Virus record (IMG/VR): IMGVR_UViG_3300035208_001055
Location: 120,494-146,090 of that record
Origin: a virus
Taxonomy: Duplodnaviria; Heunggongvirae; Uroviricota; Caudoviricetes
Strand: one strand, 5' to 3'
DNA: 25,597 bases
The notes beneath the pieces are model-generated. The model was not told where the DNA came from, searched no databases, and saw only the letters and a list, made by a program, of their open reading frames with translations. How positions within the stretch are numbered: the stretch's first letter is position 1; every line of letters starts with the position of its first letter. Position numbers and translations under genes: made by a program. Below are positions 1 to 8,660 of the stretch, in pieces.

Positions 1-380
1 ACGCCTGCCGACCGCATAGCACCTAGCTCGTCATACGGAATGTGAATTGTCTCCATCAAAAAGATTGTGAGTCGTTCATTTTCAGTTGGATACAGTGGGC
101 GATAGAGTGGATAGTGATACACCTTTCCACCGTAGTCTCTTACCACGTCCTCCAAAACATGAGCCTGCGTCCCATTGAATGGCTCGCCCGTAATAACGCA
201 CGGTAACGGGTCCATCGTCGTTGATTCAAACAACAACAGGCGACCGCAATCATCGTTCGCCATTATTCCAACATGACTGATCCCATAAAAAGGAATCCCA
301 CCTGTCACTACATTGATGAATGAACTAAGTCCAGTCTTGCCGGAAAATCCGATGACATCACCCGTCTTAATGACGGTCAT
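1..380 (-). CDS. Permuted papain-like amidase (YiiX/YaeF-type NlpC/P60), 5' part; runs off window
   Basis: Not in ORF track; manual translation from ATG at 380: MTVIKTGDVIGFSG...GISHVGIM...LLLFEST...IPYDELGAMRSAG. GD-x-I-x-F, SHVGI, LFES and PYD motifs fit the permuted family, whose catalytic Cys would lie further C-terminal, outside the window. Overlaps the upstream ORF stop by 14 nt. Confidence 0.75.
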   Translation of the reverse strand, partial: MTVIKTGDVIGFSGKTGLSSFINVVTGGIPFYGISHVGIMANDDCGRLLLFESTTMDPLPCVITGEPFNGTQAHVLEDVVRDYGGKVYHYPLYRPLYPTENERLTIFLMETIHIPYDELGAMRSAG

Positions 381-573
381 GTCCAACACGAGTGTTTTTG
401 GTTTTCGCTGGAACATCGTCTATTTCCGCTAATTCAATCTTGGCACGCCGTGTCACATATCCGTTATACCGTGCCTGATCGACCGCCCAGCAGTCTTCGC
501 ATCTACCATCACAAGTCGCCAATCGACCACATCGGCACAGTCCTCTCCGCATAGCTATGTTTCGTTTTTCCAC
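367..573 (-). CDS. Small Cys-rich (putative Zn-binding) hypothetical protein
   Basis: CRCGRLATCDGRCEDC; GTG start; stop overlaps the start of the next gene. Confidence 0.6.
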   Translation of the reverse strand: MEKRNIAMRRGLCRCGRLATCDGRCEDCWAVDQARYNGYVTRRAKIELAEIDDVPAKTKNTRVGHDRH

Positions 574-589
574 GTGTTCTTAGCTACAA

Positions 590-1204
590 TTATTCTTGCG
601 TAATCAACCTTCCACTACGCACCTGTTCAGGATTCTTTGCATCTCGTATCACGATCCCGCAGCGTTGTTTTATGCTGTCCATCGCCTCATTGCCACCGGG
701 TAGCGCCCGCACTTCCTCATTGACAATCTGCAACACCTTATTGACAATATCGCGTACTAACGACCGGTGAAAAAGAAGACCTGAGTTTTGTTCCAATATC
801 TGCGAGCGTGTCGATAACTTCTCCAATGTCACCATGCAACTCTGGATGTATTCCAACAGTTTTCCGGTGCCTAGTCTCGCCTGTCCATCAGGTCCCCCGT
901 CCATCGCATTCGTCGCATCGTTGTAGACCCTCTCAAACAGGATACGCAGCAAAAGGACCTCTCTCTTCAACGAGTAGCCTTCGTCCTCACGCTTCAACTC
1001 TTCGTAACGTTCGGCGAACTTCGGGTTCGTCAGAACGTAATCAGCGCGACTGCGTTCGGCGACAACATCTTGGGTGCCCCGCAAGCATCGTGGGCAGTAA
1101 CGAGACCCCTCCATAGCAACATACCAACATTGCCCAGAAGTGGTATTTCCTTGGCAGCGGCGCGGATCATCAACATCGTTTACACACTCAAGTTGATAAG
1201 CCAT
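590..1204 (-). CDS. Zn-finger + helical protein, possible terminase small subunit-like
   Basis: Start moved to MAYQLE (AGGAG SD upstream). RCQGNTTSGQC...GSRYCPRC finger followed by YSLKREVLLLRILFE helix, a layout recalled from phage small-terminase-like proteins. Function is a weak inference. Confidence 0.55.
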   Translation of the reverse strand: MAYQLECVNDVDDPRRCQGNTTSGQCWYVAMEGSRYCPRCLRGTQDVVAERSRADYVLTNPKFAERYEELKREDEGYSLKREVLLLRILFERVYNDATNAMDGGPDGQARLGTGKLLEYIQSCMVTLEKLSTRSQILEQNSGLLFHRSLVRDIVNKVLQIVNEEVRALPGGNEAMDSIKQRCGIVIRDAKNPEQVRSGRLITQE

Positions 1205-1413
1205 GCGCACTACTCCTCTCCTACCATACTGTCGAACAAGGAGACTATTTTGTCCCATAAAATCCATAAAATCATCAGAATCGTAACCTGAAGAAGGAAA
1301 AGAAGTTACGACACGTCTTATAACGACGCGGAAGTCAAGAAAATGGCCACCGAAGGGAATGGCCGTAAAAATGCCACCAGAGAAGGTAGCACTTATCCCA
1401 GAAATGGGTAGAA

Positions 1414-1905
1414 TTAGGCGACTTCAGCCAAGACCGTTGACTGAATCACCCCGCCGCGAACGAAGTCCAATAGGTCCCACTCCCCCACAAGACGTATCCG
1501 CTCGGCAGGAACCTCACTCACAAGCAACTCGACGCCCTCGCCCCAATGATCGAACGGGCCATCAGGTTCGTGAAGTTCAAGATTGTGCGTGAGAAAGCGC
1601 CGGTCCTCGTCACCCCGCGCAAGCGCCGCGAGGTTCGCCAGATTCGCTGCCGCTTCCCACGACTCATACTCGACCTCCAAGCACACAAGATGCGAACAGC
1701 GATGACGTGCGGCAACATAGAGCAACATGCCGATCAACTTGTTGTCCGACTGAAACTTCTTGTAAAGCCAGATGCAACCGTCCTCGACAAACTCCAAAAT
1801 GAACCAGAATGCCTTATGGTGTCGTTTCTCAAGTGGCGACAACTTCAGACCATCACGTTGAATATCATGCCACGCGGTCCACGTTGTGTAATGGTAGCCG
1901 ATCAT
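1414..1905 (-). CDS. Putative ADP-ribosyltransferase-fold (H-x-T, Tpt1/PARP-like) protein
   Basis: Start moved to MIGYHYT because the upstream ORF extension overlaps the tRNA-like element. GYHYT...IQRDGL, aromatic strand IWLY and VELLVSEVPAERIRLV resemble ART-fold strands. Confidence 0.5.
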   Translation of the reverse strand: MIGYHYTTWTAWHDIQRDGLKLSPLEKRHHKAFWFILEFVEDGCIWLYKKFQSDNKLIGMLLYVAARHRCSHLVCLEVEYESWEAAANLANLAALARGDEDRRFLTHNLELHEPDGPFDHWGEGVELLVSEVPAERIRLVGEWDLLDFVRGGVIQSTVLAEVA

Positions 1906-1910
1906 TATTT

Positions 1911-1985
1911 TGGAGGCTCCCGGTGGGAGTCGAACCCACACGTTCCTTCCCTTGTCGGGCGGTCTCTGATTGGACTACGGAAGCC
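1911..1985 (-). tRNA. tRNA-like element / pseudo-tRNA with 8-bp acceptor stem, canonical T arm, U discriminator + CCA, aberrant anticodon arm
   Basis: Minus strand: GGCTTCCG TA GTC CAATCAGA GAC CGCCCGACAAGGGAAGG AACGT GTGGG TTCGACT CCCAC CGGGAGCC T CCA. Acceptor and T arms pair fully; there is no D-loop GG, no U33 and no 5-bp/7-nt anticodon arm. Confidence 0.75.
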
Positions 1986-1992
1986 ACATACG

Positions 1993-2145
1993 TTACAGAT
2001 CACACTTAACAGCGTCGATCAATGATTGCACATGATCCCGCAGGCACTCCAACGCCTCCACCGTCATCTCTTTCGAGATCGACGTGTCGCCCATAAGACG
2101 GTCGGCTGCGTCACATGCGTAGTTGTACAAATCATTAGCGTCCAT
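1993..2145 (-). CDS. Hypothetical protein (50 aa)
   Basis: Manual: MDANDLYNYACDAADRLMGDTSISKEMTVEALECLRDHVQSLIDAVKCDL; GGAG SD; overlaps the GHKL gene stop. Confidence 0.7.
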   Translation of the reverse strand: MDANDLYNYACDAADRLMGDTSISKEMTVEALECLRDHVQSLIDAVKCDL

Positions 2146-3586
2146 CGACTGTCTCCAAGTCTCGGGTCTTCATGTTCACAACCATGTCAACCAAGTAGTT
2201 CTGAATGTCACGAGTATTGTCACCGGCCCCCGTCACATGATGAACACATTCCTCCAATGCGGTCTTCAACAGGTACTTGTTATTACCTGAAGCGATGTCC
2301 TCACGTAAGTAAACTGTCCCATCCTCGTAGTAACCCATGCAGTCCGTCTCGCCATTTGTAATATCACGATAGCAGGCGACTTTTGGCTTTGACTTTCCTT
2401 GAGTCATTCCCAATGAAGCAATCCACTCCCAGACCATTACAACAGACTGTTCGGCGCACAATGATGCACTGCACGGCTCACGTCCCTTTGACTCGGCGGC
2501 GCTTAACACGGTCGTAGCTGTTGGGATACCGAATCGTTCAGCAGCACGTACCCACGTCGATGACTGAATTGTCTTCGGCATATAACCCTTGCGTTGAACC
2601 AACTCGACCTGATGTGCCGTCGATTCACACATAACCGAAGTCCCGGCGACCGCCTCCCACGCCCGCTTGAATGCGTCCTTTTGTTCCTGCTTTGGCGTCT
2701 CCCACGAGGGACAAAGATAGTGGTCGTCCAACCCTGCCTCAAACGTCTTTTCCATCTCAGTCAAGCTGCGAAGGATCGGTACGAGTTCATCAGTCGTCGC
2801 CTTGCGTAACAACTGAGCGCACCCGGCTCGGATCGCATACTCACTGCTGTTTCGGCATTCGTCAATCTGAAGTTCGTCTGTCTGAAAGTTGTAGTCGTAA
2901 ACCGATGGTGTCGGGTACTCTTGCAACTCTCGGACAAAGACACCGGCGCGGTATATCATTGCGCTTCCATTCGCACTCCGATTTGCCTTCGGAAGAAATC
3001 GTCTCTTCACGTCACCGGGCGTGTCGGAAAAATGAAGAAAACGCTTGGACAACTCGGCAAGATATTTCTCCACCTCATCATTTATTCCAACGTACACGCG
3101 GGTGTATCCATCCTTTGCCCGCACCTCGGCGTCGGGAACCTTTCGCACGGCGAGTCGGCCTTCTCGGATCGCGGCCTCAAACTGCCCGCACTCCTCACGC
3201 AACGTTCGATCAATAGCATTGCTAACAAACTCACGCAGTGCCATCCCAAGTCGAGTCCAGTCAATGGCCCCGAAGTCCAACACCCAGCCGAGATCAACCT
3301 TCTTCGTACTCGTCCCGCCAAACTGCACGTAGACTTGCTTCACTGTCTTTGTCGTAAGGCCATCATTCACTTGCGCCTCGCGGGTAAGGAAGTCCAACTT
3401 CGTCTTCCCACAATAAACCGTAACCGGCAAGCCAGCGCGCAACAACACATTGATAGCGTGCTTGGTGCCCGAGCCAAATTGTCCGATCACACCTTCCACA
3501 CCACAGCCACGAGTGGTACTGACGCCAAGAAGTGTGAAGCCTTCAACTGGTGATACACCTGGATTTTGAATCAGTAGAAGCGACAT
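2135..3586 (-). CDS. GHKL (HATPase_c) ATPase with permuted motif order and C-terminal zincin-like EExxH motif
   Basis: QNPGV (G1-like), IGQFGSGTK (G2), LREFVSNAID (N-box) and TALEECVHHVTG near the C-terminus. Confidence 0.8.
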   Translation of the reverse strand: MSLLLIQNPGVSPVEGFTLLGVSTTRGCGVEGVIGQFGSGTKHAINVLLRAGLPVTVYCGKTKLDFLTREAQVNDGLTTKTVKQVYVQFGGTSTKKVDLGWVLDFGAIDWTRLGMALREFVSNAIDRTLREECGQFEAAIREGRLAVRKVPDAEVRAKDGYTRVYVGINDEVEKYLAELSKRFLHFSDTPGDVKRRFLPKANRSANGSAMIYRAGVFVRELQEYPTPSVYDYNFQTDELQIDECRNSSEYAIRAGCAQLLRKATTDELVPILRSLTEMEKTFEAGLDDHYLCPSWETPKQEQKDAFKRAWEAVAGTSVMCESTAHQVELVQRKGYMPKTIQSSTWVRAAERFGIPTATTVLSAAESKGREPCSASLCAEQSVVMVWEWIASLGMTQGKSKPKVACYRDITNGETDCMGYYEDGTVYLREDIASGNNKYLLKTALEECVHHVTGAGDNTRDIQNYLVDMVVNMKTRDLETVDGR

Positions 3587-3595
3587 CAGTTTCTC

Positions 3596-3799
3596 CTAGC
3601 AATAGATATGGTTACTATTTCCATCGTGTGGTTCACCGAATGGCGGCTCCACTTCCCCCTGTTGCAATTCGCGGTGCGTCCATCTTCCCTCACGGTAGCC
3701 GCAATCACACCGCCACTCACTCACACCGTCGTAGTGATCTGGGTTATCAATGCTGTATTCAACAGCCGACATCTGCTTACCGCACCGTGGACAGGTCAT
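3596..3799 (-). CDS. Zn-ribbon small protein
   Basis: Start moved to MTCPRCGKQM (GGAG SD, ATGA overlap with upstream stop); CPRC...WRCDCG. Confidence 0.7.
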   Translation of the reverse strand: MTCPRCGKQMSAVEYSIDNPDHYDGVSEWRCDCGYREGRWTHRELQQGEVEPPFGEPHDGNSNHIYC

Positions 3800-4032
3800 G
3801 GTTGTTTCTCCTGAAATCCCATCGCAATCAACTGAACCTCTGTATGCGGCCAACACGGTCCACACTGGGGAAACTGTTTCTCATGGGCACGGGCGCACTC
3901 AGCGCAGGGATGCTCCCAGAATCCATTGTCATCCAAGTGACCGGTGCCGAACGTGAGAAAGTCATGGATGCCCGTGCTCACATGGCACGTGTGTCCTTCG
4001 GGACGTACAAACGGTTTAATCTCGTCGATCAT
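3796..4032 (-). CDS. Hypothetical Cys/His-rich protein
   Basis: ORF fits the operon tiling; HTCH, CAEC and CGPCWPH motifs. Confidence 0.65.
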   Translation of the reverse strand: MIDEIKPFVRPEGHTCHVSTGIHDFLTFGTGHLDDNGFWEHPCAECARAHEKQFPQCGPCWPHTEVQLIAMGFQEKQP

Positions 4033-4210
4033 ACTCTGCTTCCTCTCGGGCTAACTCTAAAAATGCCTCTCGCTCATTTCCATCAATGTCAACACGCCAC
4101 ATCGACATGAGCCGACAGTCACAGTTGATCCCCAGGGCTTTAGACGCCGCCATAACACCGATCCTGGCCCGGCCAAAGTCGTCGTGTACCTCACTCGGGC
4201 GAATCATCAT
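4016..4210 (-). CDS. Hypothetical protein
   Basis: Fills the gap between SprT and the next gene; start chosen by GAGGA SD spacing. Confidence 0.55.
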   Translation of the reverse strand: MMIRPSEVHDDFGRARIGVMAASKALGINCDCRLMSMWRVDIDGNEREAFLELAREEAEYDRRD

Positions 4211-4802
4211 CGTCGTCATCCTCGTCAGGTATCTCAGCCTTCATCTTCTCGCCGCACGGACAAGTAGGCACACCAACCTCAATCCATTTCTTGGTGGTAC
4301 GAACTTGATACTCACACTTGGGGCACTTTATCAAAATCATTCGTGTCCCTTGTTTCTTCGGGCCGCTACTATGTACCAAACGTGCGTGCGGATACGGTCC
4401 CAACTCTTCAATCAACTTCGTTAGTTTTACCTTCAGAGCCTCACCCGCCGTGGTCGCGGTCATTGGTCCTTCTAGGCCCATTGCTTTTGCCACTATCGTA
4501 AAGGGTTTTCGATGCCCGTTCTTCACGCCGACCGCCACATGGCAAAGTTCATGCACCTCCACCGCCGCGACTTCCAATGCGTCAGAAATCATTGGCGACA
4601 CAAACGTCTCATAATGCTGATCTTCACTCCGGTCGTCTGCCCATGCCTCTCCGATGCTTCGTTTCTTTGAGGCAAGTGCGCCCCTCGACGGAAATCCGCA
4701 TGACGCTCGTATTTTTCCGGGCAGTGGAAAATCAACAGCCTGAAAACTATCTCGGAGTTTCTGGGTCAACTCAGTGAGCCATGCTTCGCGTGTCTCGATC
4801 AT
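4191..4802 (-). CDS. SprT-like zinc metalloprotease with C-terminal Zn ribbon and acidic tail
   Basis: REAWL...IRASCGFP...VHELCH...GHRKPF...GLEGPMTAT...LGPYPHARL...CPKC...CPC. Confidence 0.85.
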   Translation of the reverse strand: MIETREAWLTELTQKLRDSFQAVDFPLPGKIRASCGFPSRGALASKKRSIGEAWADDRSEDQHYETFVSPMISDALEVAAVEVHELCHVAVGVKNGHRKPFTIVAKAMGLEGPMTATTAGEALKVKLTKLIEELGPYPHARLVHSSGPKKQGTRMILIKCPKCEYQVRTTKKWIEVGVPTCPCGEKMKAEIPDEDDDDDDSPE

Positions 4803-4942
4803 TTATCACCTCGCCATAGTTTCAACAAGACCGGATGAAGACAAAAGAAACCATCCCGTTGGAAACTCTTGCCAAAGTAACCATTCACTCCAAGATACCA
4901 GACAAGACCGGCAACGGCAGCAATCCAGAATACCCGACTCAT
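4799..4942 (-). CDS. Small membrane protein (47 aa)
   Basis: Manual: MSRVFWIAAVAGLVWYLGVNGYFGKSFQRDGFFCLHPVLLKLWRGDK; GGGAG SD; stop overlaps the SprT ATG (ATGA). Confidence 0.65.
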   Translation of the reverse strand: MSRVFWIAAVAGLVWYLGVNGYFGKSFQRDGFFCLHPVLLKLWRGDK

Positions 4943-4961
4943 GTGTTCTCCCATATCGTAA

Positions 4962-5621
4962 TCATACACCACAAACGGGAAAAGTCAAGCGGGGTTCAAA
5001 AATTCCGGTGCCATTCTCCATCGCGGCAGTGTTACGACCATGATAATCTGAGAAACCATTATAAACCGTCCATCGACCGAGCCAGTCATAAAGGTCCAGC
5101 ACCTCCAACGGGTAAGAAAGAAGCGAGACGCTATCCTCAAGCCACCCCGGACTAAGACAAACGCCAATCGCAACAATCCTATCCCACGGCAAGCGAGTTA
5201 ATCCACATATTTTTGACGTGTGTTTCCAACCAGACACTTCTCTACGTTCAAATGGGTTCACTCGTCGGTGGCAGTATCCCCCAGACCCCTCGCCCCACCG
5301 CAGACACTCTGGTATCGGATACCGCCAAATAAAGTTGCCGTCGCCACGGAAGTGAATGAAATTCGCCCATGTTCCCTCGTCGAACTCCAATCTGTCCCAG
5401 CCTTTCAAGTCTTCGTCGGCCAAATCCGAGTGATAATCAACGTTGATAACAGTGTCTAACTCCGCCGCTCTCGCATTGATGTCCTTAACCAAATGATGAT
5501 GGTGTAAGGCCACCGTAATTGGAAGCCTGAGCGCAAATACCTTTTTGAAGAAGTTCACCACTGGCTTCGGTTTCGACGACGCCCGCCAGTAGTCCAAATC
5601 CACCGAAAGATACGCTTTCAT
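4962..5621 (-). CDS. UPF0489-like / arginase-deacetylase-fold metal-dependent hydrolase
   Basis: LSVDLDYW, HHHHL, VINVDYHSDL and a late CLSP motif. Confidence 0.65.
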   Translation of the reverse strand: MKAYLSVDLDYWRASSKPKPVVNFFKKVFALRLPITVALHHHHLVKDINARAAELDTVINVDYHSDLADEDLKGWDRLEFDEGTWANFIHFRGDGNFIWRYPIPECLRWGEGSGGYCHRRVNPFERREVSGWKHTSKICGLTRLPWDRIVAIGVCLSPGWLEDSVSLLSYPLEVLDLYDWLGRWTVYNGFSDYHGRNTAAMENGTGIFEPRLTFPVCGV

Positions 5622-5654
5622 TACGTAGTGAACCTTTCGTTCTCAGTGAATCTA

Positions 5655-6980
5655 CTAAGTTTTCCAGTACAGAGACAGTGCCTTGCGTGTACAGCGCTCT
5701 TGAAACTGGGCACCTGTTTCCCCGGCTCCATACAAGATCGTATCGTGCCACACACCGGGCCACTCTTTTAAGATTCGCTCGCAAAGAAGTTGACGACCTT
5801 CCTGTGACAACTCTTTCATTTCAAGGATGCGGTCAATGCGACCTGGACGGGTTGAGACATCGCCGTCAGGAATACCGAGTGCTGAGTCGAGTTTTTCAAG
5901 ACAATTCGTTGTGACGATAAGTAGCACACCATCCGCCCGTTCCACGCCGTCAAGACAATTCAGCAAGCAGTCAAACGATAGGTGCCCACCGGCTGTGTTC
6001 TCTCGTCCATTGAACACGTTATCAATGTCCTCGATCAACGCAATACATGGTACGTTGGCGAGCATATTCTTCCACGCTGCTTGCATTTCATTGTTGTAGA
6101 GCGTAGAAAGATTGTAGACGAAAATTGGCAAGTCGAAATCCTCGGCGACAGCACGGATAGTCGCCGTCTTTCCGGTTCCTGGTTTTCCGTGTAAAAGCCA
6201 ACTACGTCTCCACGGGATACCACGATCTTTGTACCAGTCTTCACTTGTCTTCCAGCGGCGAACTTCTTCCACCATCATCAACGCATCGGAATCGAGTGCG
6301 AGGTATGAAAGCGCGTTGCCATGATTGATGCGGCCTTCACCTAGATCACGTTCGTGCCAACGAAGCAATCGGTGTTGTGAGTGCAACTCACGAGACGAAC
6401 TACCACCGCCACACGCAGCTAACGTTGCTTCGCTGTCATTATTCGTGCTTGCTGGTTTTCCAGCAGTGCCGAAAATATGTCTGATGAAATAACGTGGATT
6501 CGCGGCCGTGTCGATTGTCGTGTGAAATTGGTTGTAGCTATCAGCCGATTCCTGAACCAGTTGGTCAATATCAAAAGTTCCACGGAAAAACGTCAACTGC
6601 ACACCTGTTTGTATGCAAGTGTCCGTTGTTCGTAGCTGCGCTTCTTCCTTATTCGATATGCGTGAAATCCAAATTGGACGCCACCCGTACCAGTAAAGTT
6701 TTGTCGTATTTCCAATCACTTCCATCGGAACGACTTGTCGGCGTTTTACCGGACGAACATACTCCCACCAACCAATATAACAACGAAGACCGAGGGGCGA
6801 AGTCTTGAAACTATGCCAAAAATGAAATGTCACGGCGTCCGAAAGAGAGCCGCGAACTTCACTCGATACGATGGCAAAACTAGCAATGGATTGCCAGAAA
6901 CCCTTTACATAACCCCAAAAAGCACCAAGAAAACCTGTAGCCGCAGCGCCACCAGCAACAATCCAGGCCCAGTCACTCAT
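5655..6980 (-). CDS. BCS1-like AAA+ ATPase with N-terminal transmembrane anchor
   Basis: Walker A LLHGKPGTGKT, Walker B LIEDID, LLNCLDGV, sensor-1 TTN, RPGRID Arg finger; WYKDRGIPWRR; hydrophobic N-terminus. Confidence 0.9.
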   Translation of the reverse strand: MSDWAWIVAGGAAATGFLGAFWGYVKGFWQSIASFAIVSSEVRGSLSDAVTFHFWHSFKTSPLGLRCYIGWWEYVRPVKRRQVVPMEVIGNTTKLYWYGWRPIWISRISNKEEAQLRTTDTCIQTGVQLTFFRGTFDIDQLVQESADSYNQFHTTIDTAANPRYFIRHIFGTAGKPASTNNDSEATLAACGGGSSSRELHSQHRLLRWHERDLGEGRINHGNALSYLALDSDALMMVEEVRRWKTSEDWYKDRGIPWRRSWLLHGKPGTGKTATIRAVAEDFDLPIFVYNLSTLYNNEMQAAWKNMLANVPCIALIEDIDNVFNGRENTAGGHLSFDCLLNCLDGVERADGVLLIVTTNCLEKLDSALGIPDGDVSTRPGRIDRILEMKELSQEGRQLLCERILKEWPGVWHDTILYGAGETGAQFQERCTRKALSLYWKT

Positions 6981-7353
6981 GGTTTTTCTCCTTGGATTCC
7001 GGTTTCTCTTTTTTCTTGTGCCACGGCGGCAATGCTAACGCCATCTCAGCGCAATACAATGCAAACTTCCTACTATAGTCAACGTGACCAGTGGCAGGAA
7101 TTTCGGCTCTCTCAATGTCCGCCAGCGTCACGAGATCAAGACCACGCTTCAATCGTTCAGCATTCACGGCGTCGAGCATGACGCCACGTTCATAGAGCAT
7201 CCACTCTAACGAGTCGCCAATCCAAACCATCTTTGTCGGACGCAGCACTTGGGCTGCTGCTAAAATCTTCAAAAATTCAGTGGCGAGACCGGGTAGAGCG
7301 AGCGCGGCTGCGGTTGTTGCAACAATTTCGAGCATTATTCCTCCGTTGACCAC
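6973..7353 (-). CDS. Hypothetical protein, hydrophobic N-terminus
   Basis: ORF tiles between the cyclophilin and AAA genes; exact start uncertain. Confidence 0.65.
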   Translation of the reverse strand: MVNGGIMLEIVATTAAALALPGLATEFLKILAAAQVLRPTKMVWIGDSLEWMLYERGVMLDAVNAERLKRGLDLVTLADIERAEIPATGHVDYSRKFALYCAEMALALPPWHKKKEKPESKEKNHE

Positions 7354-7757
7354 TCATTGATCGTGACTTTTTCTATCACGTCACCCTGCACGATGGAACG
7401 AACAACATCCATTCCCTCGATCACCTGTCCAAAAACAGAGTGTTTTCCATCTAGCCACGGACAGGCAACGTGTGTAATGAAAAATTGCGAGCTATTTGTA
7501 TTAGGACCCGCATTCGCCATCGACAAAGTACCCGGACCATAGTGCCGAAGCGTCGAGTGAAATTCATCCTCGAACATGTAACCAACATCGCCAGCGCCAG
7601 TTTGAGCCATGAAATTCGGGATCACACGATGGAACGGTTTTCCATCGTAAAAGCCAGTCCGCGCCAATCTCACAAAGTTCTTCACAGTCTTCGGTGCTCG
7701 CTCCGAAAGATAGGCGTAAATAAGACCGCGATTAGTACGGATTGTCACTGTCTTCAT
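7335..7757 (-). CDS. Cyclophilin-type peptidyl-prolyl cis-trans isomerase
   Basis: APKTVKNF...[17 protein letters not shown]...[19 protein letters not shown]...[15 protein letters not shown]; start moved to MKTVT (TGATG coupling). Confidence 0.95.
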   Translation of the reverse strand: MKTVTIRTNRGLIYAYLSERAPKTVKNFVRLARTGFYDGKPFHRVIPNFMAQTGAGDVGYMFEDEFHSTLRHYGPGTLSMANAGPNTNSSQFFITHVACPWLDGKHSVFGQVIEGMDVVRSIVQGDVIEKVTINEWSTEE

Positions 7758-8650
7758 CAAATGTCCTCCACAATCTCGTCCCACTTTTCAGAAACAGAAG
7801 TCAACTGGTCACGAGCAAGTTGCTGTTGTTCGACAGCCACGTCCCATGCTGCCATGTTCATCAGTCTCCGAAGATGATCGCTAATCAACCCGACAATTGT
7901 ACTCGGTTCCAGGGCGTCCAATTCCCAACTCTCGTCGCCGTACAACTCGCGGTAAGACTCATAGCGAGCGTCCGTCGCCTTCGCAAAATTAGGCGGCGGT
8001 TGATACTTGTCGATTTGAGATTTCAAGAGTGCGATCCGGTTAATCTCAACCGACGAGCCGAATAAGGAAAGACGGTCCTGAATATCGCGCGTCATGTCAA
8101 TGCCGCTGGGGTCGTGATCGCCAAGATGCAGGATCACGGTGTGTTTCCCGCACTTCTCCCGCTCAAGAAAACGTTGAGCCGCTGCCCACATCTCACTCTG
8201 ACTCGTGTAACCACGACACGCAAAGTAAGGCACGTCCATCTCGGCACAGACGCCTTCGATCACGCCAACAAGAGCGTCCTTCTCAATCCAGCACTCTACA
8301 TAGCAATCTTGTGTGTCCCACAAGTTGTGCCGAAATTGCTGGGCACACGCCCGCACAATATCACCAGGAGAATCCCAATGTGCATTCTCACGCATGTTAC
8401 GTGTGCGATCTTCAATCGCAAGCCAGTCGATCATACCGGCCAAACGGCCGTCATTGACAATGCTGCCAATGTTTTTGTACGACTGTTGCGTATTCGGAAC
8501 CAAGTCACGGCTGACAAACTGGTAATACAGTTGCCGCAAGGTCAACTTGTACCCCTGTTGCCAGTATTCCGTGATAATCTTGTTCGCTTGGTCGATGACG
8601 GCCAGCGAGTCGCTGCGAAAACGCTTCTTCACGTAACATCGTTTAGGCAT
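7757..8650 (-). CDS. TopoVI-A/Spo11/Mini-A-like protein (winged helix with Tyr + TOPRIM domain)
   Basis: LTLRQLYYQ (candidate catalytic Tyr), [10 protein letters not shown] (TOPRIM Glu), [15 protein letters not shown] (DxD), RIAL, WELDAL; start moved to MPKR with GGAG SD. Confidence 0.8.
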   Translation of the reverse strand: MPKRCYVKKRFRSDSLAVIDQANKIITEYWQQGYKLTLRQLYYQFVSRDLVPNTQQSYKNIGSIVNDGRLAGMIDWLAIEDRTRNMRENAHWDSPGDIVRACAQQFRHNLWDTQDCYVECWIEKDALVGVIEGVCAEMDVPYFACRGYTSQSEMWAAAQRFLEREKCGKHTVILHLGDHDPSGIDMTRDIQDRLSLFGSSVEINRIALLKSQIDKYQPPPNFAKATDARYESYRELYGDESWELDALEPSTIVGLISDHLRRLMNMAAWDVAVEQQQLARDQLTSVSEKWDEIVEDI

Positions 8651-8660
8651 CTCAACACTC

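Noticed and set aside
1303-1338. sigma70 promoter upstream of the 590-1204 gene (TTGACT ... TATAAG)
   Set aside because: Spacer is only 10 nt; no acceptable -10 at 16-18 nt.
1911-1985. Assigning a normal tRNA identity (Val-GAC, His, Sec or Cys)
   Set aside because: No U33 or canonical 7-nt anticodon loop; no long variable arm or UCA for Sec; the G-1/C73 His reading would leave no CCA.
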